From Kipferlia bialata (Eukaryota), in contig BDIP01000068.1 in the NCBI GenBank assembly GCA_003568945.1, positions 1 through 34,233 of the forward strand: a DNA stretch of 34,233 bases, read 5' to 3'. Below are positions 25,005 through 34,233 of this stretch, piece after piece; within the stretch, counting starts at the first letter, position 1; every line of letters begins with the position of its first letter. The notes beneath the pieces were generated by a model. That model saw only the letters and a program-made list of their open reading frames with translations. It did no database searches and was not told the origin of the DNA. A program made the translations under genes and the position numbers.

Positions 25005-28000
25005 GCTGGCAGCTCACCCAGCTCCCAGAGTACGCAGAGGCCAAGGTGGTCAGAACAAGGTAGACAGTGGGTATGTACTCTCTCTCCCTCTCTCCCTCTC
25101 ACTCTCTCTCTCTATATATATATCACTTGGTATATAATATATATATATAATGATGGGGTCCGCTGCTGAAGTTGTGTGCTCACTCTCTCACTCTCTCTCT
25201 ACGCAGGTTTATGTATGTAACATCCATATACATACAATAACATGCAAAGATCTGGATGTCATCTGCTCTGCCTATGAGTCTCTCTCTCTCTCTCTGTGTA
25301 TACATTCATATTTCTCTCACTTCACATACTGACCCTAGGGACCAGGATGTCATCTCCGCTGCCACCATTGTGGTTGATGTCGGTGGGGTATATGACCACG
25401 AAGCAAGGAGGTAAGAGAAGTGGGAGTATCCATGTACACTAACTATTGACTGTAGCTTTAATATACTATACATATTGTGGTTGGTGTGGGTGGGGTATAT
25501 GACCACGAGGCCAGGAGGTAAGGATACTGATACACATTCAGTTCATTATTATCATACTTATCATATACTTATATACTTACTCATGTGTATACCTCTTTAT
25601 GACCACGAGGCCAGGAGGTGAGTATCTCAATACTTCCATGGGTATTTAGTATTATTGGCATATCATTCATTTTTGACCACTACTAGTAGGCAACAACCAT
25701 GTTTTACTATATACTGGATAGATGTACTCACCCTGTAGGTATGACCACCACATGAAGACATGCAACGAGACCATGCCCGGATACGACATCAAGCTGAGGT
25801 ATCCGGTATGCACTACATATACATATACTACATCATCTACTGATGGATATATATATATCATGTGTCTGGATACGACATCAAGCTGAGGTACGTATTGGTG
25901 TAGTGAATAGTACAATGGAGTGTTAGTGATCCAATCCCTCACACTGTAGCAGCGCCGGCATGGTGTACAAGCACTATGGCCACCAGATCATTGACATACT
26001 GTGTGCATACATGGACACACCTGTCACACTCACAGAGACACAGAGGGAGTGGGTATACCAGACGGTGTATAAGGTACTAGTATGTTATACTACTACCAGT
26101 TAAAATACACGTATACTGTTGGTGAGTGAGTGGGTGTATCAGAAAGTGTATAAGGTCTATATGTAGACTCTTTATGTAGTAAGGTATTAAGATTAATATT
26201 CCATGTATATACTATATAATTAGAGAAATGTATGCTATATTGCGTATCAACCGTATTGACCCCAGGGCTATGTCATGGCCTGTGACGGACAGGACACGGG
26301 GGAGGCAAAGGTATATATAGACAGATAGGATGTACATGTACAATTTTAAGTATAAGAGTTATGCATATCGGGGTATATATACTCCGGACACTGGTGAGGC
26401 AAATGTTCAGAGAGATATGTAGATATGTCAGGTATATATATTCAAGACACCGGAGGGAGAGGTATGGGAGATCGTTTATGTAGGATAAAACGATATTCTT
26501 ACACTAGGTTGTGAATGCTGATGGGACAGAGGATTGTCGGAAAGTGAACTTGTGCCTTACAGTATATACTCTTTGTGTGTATATTAGTTTTCATATTCTA
26601 ACACTAGGTTTTGAATGCCGATGGGACTGAGGATGGTCTGACAGCATATTTGTATTTTCAGTGTGTATGTTATATTAGAGGGAGTACACTTATGCTAGGT
26701 TGTGAATGCCGATGGGACCGAGGATGGACTGACTGTGAGATACAGTGACAGCACGGGGATGGGGTCCACAATAGGTATGTATCATGTTATATATACATAT
26801 TGTACTTCATACATATTCAGGACTATACAATGGTAGAACGGGGATGGGATGTACAATAGGTACACACTTGGCATATACCAAATACACGGTACATCCAGCA
26901 ACCACTCGATGCATTAATATATACATTATACACTGATTCTGACCTCCAGCCAACCTGAGGCCCCAGTGGAATGAGTCATTCTCATTCGACAGCAGGTGTG
27001 GATGTACTGTTGTATTGGCACCAGTGTCCAAATATCCTCTCATAATGTATTAGTTAAAATATATCATACTTATGGAGACATTCTCGTTCGACAGCAGGTT
27101 TGTATACAGTACCGGTATATCTGTGTAGTGTCGGTATTTTTGTTTGTGTACCATTATTACCTCGGTTCCCTGCTGTGGCGTAGCCCTATTCCACATGAAT
27201 GTGGTGTACAATCATTGTATGTGTCATATAGTCATTACCATTAATGTTTAGTATTTATGTATATGCCCTCACCCTCTAGGTTCCCCGAGGCCATGACCAC
27301 CGTTATACGTATGCAGTGTACTTATAGTATATATGAACGTTCCTTGCACATTAGTGTTCATTACTTACTTCAGGTTCCCCGAGGCCATGGCCACAGCCGG
27401 TGCACACTTCAAGGCACATGTTACGCGGTAAGAGATATATAACATAGAATACAGGATGTGCATTCGGTATCGTTGTACAACACATCCATAGAATATCAAG
27501 TGTGAACAGTACCACTGATATGGGCACATTACTAGTGACAGGTTGTCTCTTAGACTCTCCTCTAGTGTGTCGTGCTTACCCCCAGCGTTGTGAAGCACCG
27601 TCTCCCAGCCTATGACATAGTCAAGACAGCCATGGACAACAGGTATATATGTGTATACATTGATGGAAGTATATTTATATGTAGGTAGTAAATGATATAT
27701 ATATATGTTGCCACAATACATATGACAATGCCAAGACAGCCATAGACAACAGGTATATTCATATACACTGGTATTCATTGATGTATATCCGATGGACCAC
27801 AGGTGGGATACTGCTAGGGGGGTAGTTAGGTATAGAAGAAAAGATACAGTATTCCTTGACACCTAGGCGCACCACCCTGCCCTGGGGTGAGGGCCGTGTG
27901 CTTGTGATAGACACTGGGGTGCCAGCTGACAGGATGGTCTACGAGATGGAGGAGGAGAAGGGTATGATGATATATATATATATATATATATATACTAGTA

Positions 28001-28927
28001 TGTATACGTATGTAGTTATGTCAATGGTCTACGAGATGGAGGAGGAGAAGGGTATGAAGTAGTATATATACTAGTATATATACATACTAATATGTGTATG
28101 TATGTGTAGATGTGTCTGTTGACAGGATGGTCTACGAGATGGAGGGTATGTGGTACATATTGATACACACTACTCCATCTGACTGTCACAGGGCTTGTGG
28201 TGTACATTGTGATGCTGGGAGTACGTCTCAATTATGTGTTGACGTATGTGTGCATATACCACATGCCTTGTCCTGTACAATGTGATGCCTCGCTATGTAT
28301 ATGTGTATCTCTTAGTGTACTGCATCCATCTAACCCACAGGCCTTGTGCTGTACATTGTGATGCCCAGGTCTGATGGTACATGGGGGGTCAAGGCAGTCA
28401 ACAGAGAGGGGTCCATGGCCCTCAGGTATAGTGTATTAGTGAAAATATGTAAAACCTCAGACCATGCAATTCTATCTCTCTGTATGTATTTCAATGGCAT
28501 CTCACCCCCTGCCCCTGCCCCTGCCTGTTGGCTAGTATATATCTACTATGAGTTACTATATAATACTATTAGATAGCTAGTATTACTGACTATTCATTGG
28601 CCGTAGTAGGCTCCTGCCCTCTGCCTAGTTGCACTGACTTACTCCTATATATATGAGTATTATTGTATATAGCGCTGTGTCATACAAGTCTGACCCCAGG
28701 AAGCCCCTGCCCTCTGCGTGGGGTGGTCTGAGACACCAGGACCTGGATAAGGCAACAGGTGAATATGTATATATATACTAATACGTTGAATATGGAATAT
28801 ATGTATGCCTTACCCCCCAGGCCTGACTGGGTGTGTGTTTGTGCACAAGGCCTTGTTCACAGGTGCCGCCAGTGACAGGCAGACGGCACTGGACATGGCC
28901 AGAATGGCATACGAGAACATGGAGTAG
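25005..28927 (+). CDS. MYG1: MYG1 (UPF0160) exonuclease; first exon missing in the gap
   Basis: WQLTQLPEYAEAKVVRTR|DQDVISAATIVVDVGGVYDHEARR|YDHH..IKLS|SAGMVYKHYG, FPEAM, VLYIVMPRSDGTWGVKAV, RKPLPSAWGGLR, GCVFVHKALFTG..ALDMARMA. TAG at 28925-28927. Confidence 0.93.
26500..26740 (+). repeat. Acceptor-side echo array in MYG1 (CTAG|GTTGTGAATGCYGATGGGACNGAGGAT-like x3)
   Basis: Copies start at 26508, 26608 and 26699 (the true exon). Confidence 0.9.
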
Positions 28928-29082
28928 AAAAATAGAAAGATGTATCATGATCGTGCTACATATTATAGGTATAGCTTTTGGATATACTGGCACTACAGAT
29001 CGCCAGAACTCACCAATGCCTCTGATATCCAACCACCCTCATCAACAGGGATGTATCAACGCAACGTTTAATTGAATAGATT

Positions 29083-30209
29083 CTATTCAGTTTCTTCCGT
29101 TTTTCTCATCCCCTCCACCATCTTCCTCACTAGTGCCTCTGATATCCTGCCACCCTCCCTGGCCACACACTCAGAGGACAGCTGGGCAGCAAGTCTAGGG
29201 ATGAGAATAGTACTATACACATATATAGTACATTGTACATATACACTCCCTGGCCACACACTCAGAGAAGAGCCGAGCAGTCTAGAGAAAGTAGGGTAAT
29301 AGACAATATATAATGGTTTATACACCCCACCTTGGGCCAGGACACCCCATCTCAGCTGATATAAATATATGAATATACCTGTGTCTGTGTATTCTATATA
29401 TACGGTATTCTGTACAATATACCTTGGGTCTGGGCACCCCATCTCAGCTGCCAGTCTAGAGGCATGCAGCCTCATGTGGCCCTGGGGGTGAGGGGTGTAT
29501 ATTTGAAATAGTAGTTATCAAGGCAGACAAAATTATGAAGAACACCTCAGAGCTATCTTGACTGATAAAACGATGCATATAATACTTGCTGATTACCTGG
29601 CTAATACCCTTTCCAGCCAGTGCGAGTACAGCAGACATGTTCTGGGACAGTATATACACACATTCGGTATAAAGACATATGTAGTACTTGCTGATTACCT
29701 GACTTATGCCTTTACCCGCTAAGGCTAGTACCGCTGCCATGTTCTGGGCCAGACCATATACAAACATATATCATACACTCAATAACACAGTACATATATG
29801 AATCATATATACCTGACTGATACCCTTGCCAGCTAGGGCCAGCACTGCAGACATGTTCTGGGCCAGACCAACAGCTGCCATGACACGGCCTAGGATAGAG
29901 GACCTAGGGGTTAGAGATAAGACTAAAAATAGATATATGTGTGTTAATACTATTACAAGTATGAAATGTCATCAGCTGCCATGACACGGCCTAGGATGCA
30001 TAATCCAATAGTCAGATGGAAGAGATACTTGCTCATGTATTTTAACTATTCCCAAACTACTATATTTGTGAGACCAAGGATAGAGGGGGATATGAGTAAA
30101 AGTACTCAAACTCATACTAATACCAACACGTGTCCCTGGATCCCCCCAAAGTATGGGTCATGGTCACTGTCTACAATATTGATGCATGATCATTATATAT
30201 ACAAATACC

Positions 30210-30243
<34 letters not shown>

Positions 30244-33200
30244 TGTGCATACCTGGACGCCCCATCAAAGTATGTCCCATCCTCTCCGTCCACTAGCATG
30301 GACAGGGCACAGGCAGCACGGGCATGTCTAAAGGGTTAGAGAGTTTATAAGTACATACTATGTACTATCACCACTATACATATAGTTGTATGATGCAGAA
30401 GTGTATATCATAGACATAGCACAGGCATTATATGGGCAGAAAGAGAGATATACCTAGTTGTGAGCCCCCCCACCACCCCTATAGGCACAGCCACCCTACA
30501 TCTGACACGGAGGCCATATACATCAGGGCCTGGGGGTGAGGGGGGTATGATACATAACACATATCTCAGAAAACAATACACCTGATACGGAGGGCATGGG
30601 TGTCAGGGCCTAGGGGTGAGTATATTCTACATATATATATATATATATATATATAGTTATATCGTGGGTGGCAGTGTCAGTATCAATAGAGGAGAGGGGT
30701 CAGGGGCCAGGGTAACTGGATGGTGTGTGATGCAATACGCATCAGCACGCACCCACCCTGGTCTGGCATGGGCACATACTTACGGCACAGGCTATCTAAT
30801 ACAAACCCTGAAACATACTTACATATATCATCATACTATAATCACCCACCTTGTCCTGGCATAGGCACTCTCTTCACCCAGGAGAGTGGTCTAACCTGTC
30901 CATCCTTGCAGGATAGAGTGTGGTTGCATGCCTCGATGGCCCTGGTGTCCTGACAATGTTAGTATACCTAAATGACCAATTCTAGTGGACTTATGCTTAT
31001 ACGCTCTCTCTTAGATATGTATCAATGGAAATGTGTATATACAGTAGTTGCCTCGATGGCCCTAGTGTCCTGATAGTGTAAGGAAACTCATTGATCACAC
31101 ATGTAGGTCTCTAGGTGTCCTACCAGATTTCAATAATCATCACGATCTGTGTATGTATATATACACCATATCAGCATACCTGACCAGTGGCAAGGGCCAC
31201 AGCAGACACACCGTTCATGATACCCTGGGGGTAAGGACAAAGGTAAACTACAAGCAACGCAATAAACATACAATAGCTACCTTGTTATGCGTGACTGCCC
31301 TTGCTGGGTGCCTAACCCCTAATGAGTACACCCTCTCCACCCTATCCAACAGTGCAATGGCAGAGGGCATGTCACTACACCTCTTGCACTCAATTAGAGA
31401 GGCAGGGGTGAGGAGACACTCGGCCACAGCTAACCTGGCATCAGTGCAATTCTACACGATTGATGTGTAGTATTTACGCGATAGATATACCTTGGCCCAG
31501 CTAGATGGACTAAGCTGGCATTCCCTGTTGCCCCCTTCCCTATGCCAGGTGTGAAGGGACCTGCCTCAGCAGCAGAAGGGGGGGCAAGGTTGGACACAAT
31601 TCTAGGAGGGTTAGGAAGTACACGAATTTGGATCGCGTAGCTTACACAGCTACTACATGTGTGCATATATACCATAAGAATATGTGAATGTCTATACCTG
31701 GCCACTGCCTGTGTCTCTGGGAACAGACCCATGCAGTCTATAGGTATAAAAATATATGTATGTACTAACAATACACATGTACATATATAGATACCATACC
31801 TAGCCACTGCCTGTGTCCCTGGGAACACACCCTCCAACAGGTGTGTATATATATGTATATATGCCATATATACATTCAGTATATGAATATATATATACAC
31901 ACGGTACCTGGCCACTGCCTGTGTCCCTGAGAACATACCCTCCAACAGAGGGGCACAGGCCTCGGCAACGCCTAAAGTAAGGGAGGAGAGTATACTTAGT
32001 ATATTTAAAGAGAACTGCAATATACGAGAATGGTATATAATACAGGGGGGGACAGGCCTCGGCAACACCTACACTCAGCAATACGTTCTAGAAAGCATAA
32101 GTCAAGCAACTGGAGGAGAGAAATGTACTATGTCCTAATATGGGGGCACAGGCCTCGGCCACACCTAAAGTAAGGGAGGTAAGTATATGTATCAGTTGAT
32201 AGTAGAACTCAGGATACTATCATATGTGAGGAGGGTATAGTATGGGGGCACAGGCCTCGGCAACGCCTGAGGTCAGAGATATGGGTGGAGGATATACATG
32301 ACACATAGATAACCATGTATCGGACCAAAGAGGTGTCATACACTCTCTAATATGGAGTATAGTCGTATTCTTCAGTTCCTGCACCTGCTGCTATGTTGGC
32401 ACCCATTGCATCACAGACATCAATGTCGAGTGAGACCAGTATGTACATGGGTACATCCACAGACTCGGGTACAGTGGCATCTGTGTCTATATCAGTGTCA
32501 CCACCCACATCCTCTGGAGCATCTGTGTCTATACCCTCCATACCCTCCATACCCTCTGGACACCACTCTGTGTCTGGGGGTAGAAGGGTGCCCCTGACCC
32601 GCACCAGACCTCCACCCTGCAGAATGAGAGAATGGTTGGCATATATACACAAGAGCTTTTACACAGTAATCACATAAGTCAATGTATAGTAGGTAACCAC
32701 CACCATGTACAGTGAGACAGTGTATGCATAGAGTAGTATACTAACCCTCTCATACAATCTGGGATGCATCCTCCTGCACACCCTGTCCATGTCTACATAT
32801 ACATATGTATGTATATGTATGCATAGAGGAGTACATATCAGTATACTAACCCTTTCATATAACCTTGTATGCATTCTTCTGCACACCCTGTCCATGTCTG
32901 CATATGATGTGTCAAGGGTATCTGACACAGACTCAGGGGTCAAGGGGGTGCTGGGTGGGGACACTAGCTGCACCATGCCAGTCACAAGGGTGGGGCCTAT
33001 TAATTAGTCATCAATATAGATAGACATAGACACAAGTGGATCACTATAGTCATATGGATTAATACTGCTCTTTGCCAGTCGCAAGGGTGGGACTGGGGCT
33101 AACACATAAGTCAATATCTCACATATTGAGATATGTATCCCAGTCTTCTAAACCCAATTATAGCTATTAGTTCTCTTGCTGCACCACGCCAGGGTGACAC

Positions 33201-34113
33201 CTCAGAGGAAAGCACAAACCAACATATCGTGTGGCATACCTGCCGCTGTTCTGAACCCACCCTCTACATATCCCCTTAATACTGTGATATACACATGCTC
33301 AAGTGACCCTATAAATATCACTAATGCATACTCTAAAGTAGAGTAGAACACAATAGAAAATATATATACCTGCCGCTGTTCTGAACCCCCCCTCGACCCT
33401 AGCTATCTTGGCCCCCAGTGAACAGGCAGCCACTACGCTGGGTTCCTCAGTGACCATGGGCACAACAAGCTAGTGTTACATTATTACTTATATATATACA
33501 TATATAGAGACAGAGAGAGAGAGAGAGTATAGAAGTAGCTACAATGCTGGGTTCCTCAGTGACCATGGGCACCACTAGCTACAGGGTAAGGGAGCCACTG
33601 GTGCAGTAGACTTGATATATACAAGAGTAGATTCCAGTAGTTTTCAAAGACTTCTTTCAGTGGATAATATATATGTGTCAATCTCTACAACTTTCCACCC
33701 TGAGGAAATATATATGTTCGGTAAGGGAGCCCACTGGTGCAGCTGCAATACTGATAGAATACAAGATTAACACAGCATTAATTGCCATGTGTAGTAGTTT
33801 GTTCAGAGTATACTCTGTGTAATGCTAAATATGTGTCAGTGTACATCTTACTTTCACCCTGAGACAACATAGAGATGATGACACACTGATACTTATCTAT
33901 ATGTAAAATGAGAGTATTCATACCTCGTTTCCATCCACTATGAAGTTTGGTGCCACTCCCATCGAAAGGAAGAAAGACAAACATATACATATATTCATAC
34001 TGTATAAAGATGTGGTAAGAAACAAGAATACATAACATTACCTCATTTCCATCCACTATAAAGTTTGGTGCCACCCCCATTGGAAGGGAGAAGGTGCCAA
34101 TCACATTCTCAAC
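29083..34113 (-). CDS. mvaA: Class II (bacterial/archaeal-type) HMG-CoA reductase, 5'-partial
   Basis: VENVIGTFSLPMGVAPNF, VPMVTEEPSVVAA, DAMGAN, RIVSNL, RAVTHNK|GIMNGVSAVALATGQ|DTRAIEA, PIGVVGG, AVGLAQN..LALAGKGISQ|GHMRLH (catalytic His). TAG at 29083-29085. Confidence 0.93.
29597..29860 (-). repeat. Donor-side echo array in HMGR (QNM.AVLALAGKGISQ|GT x3)
   Basis: Exon end 29813-29860; copies 29699-29755 and 29597-29644. Confidence 0.95.
31697..32275 (-). repeat. 64-nt HMGR exon (31908-31971) flanked by three acceptor echoes and two donor echoes
   Basis: AG|GYGTKGCCGAGGCCTGT near 32070, 32165 and 32268; ACACAGGCAGTGGCYAG|GTA near 31800 and 31698. Confidence 0.9.
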
Positions 34114-34233
34114 CTGAGGTGGGGAGAGAGAGATACGCACCCTCATCATATCTGGGTATTGCTTCAATGATACCAGATTCAATCACGAAAATGAGGAATG
34201 GGGGGGGGGGGGGGGCACTGGGACATGAAATGA

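Noticed and set aside
24503..25137. ORFs spanning the N gap
   Set aside because: Artefacts of translating N and homopolymers.
29456..29767. ORF with an internal duplication as a separate gene
   Set aside because: It is intron read-through of two HMGR echoes, and it runs into the next HMGR exon out of frame.
31697..32275. Mutually exclusive alternative exons
   Set aside because: Each copy has only one splice site and covers only part of the exon.
318..34182. Most short ORF-track entries (Y/I/C-rich or antisense)
   Set aside because: They are translations of TA-rich introns or shadow frames of real exons.

Overview
Eukaryotic, intron-dense protist DNA. Introns are mostly GT-AG and often TA-rich, with the branch point fused to the acceptor (CTRAC/CTYAC-N2-6-YAG). 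This style suggests a free-living metamonad such as Kipferlia, which is an inference only. Seven gene models can be read: (1) 3' part of an unknown multi-exon gene (+, ends 5547); (2) a large receptor kinase with signal peptide, FG-GAP repeats, Ig/filamin-like repeats, one TM helix and a TKL-type kinase (+, 5835-16991); (3) a secreted plant-type LRR protein (+, 17451-18997); (4) the C-terminal half of ubiquitin-activating enzyme E1 (-, 19144-23083), whose 5' half is missing beyond a G25 tract; (5) the 3' end of a possible chromo-shadow protein (-, 24205-24573); (6) MYG1 (+, 25005-28927); (7) a prokaryote-type class II HMG-CoA reductase (-, 29083 to beyond 34113). There is also an intronless orphan ORF (-, 23309-23680) and an N gap. 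The most striking signal is pervasive 'exon echoes'. Introns carry serial partial copies of the adjacent exon end plus its splice site, about 70-120 nt apart. These apparently non-coding copies often differ from the exon mainly at synonymous positions, which neutral decay does not predict.
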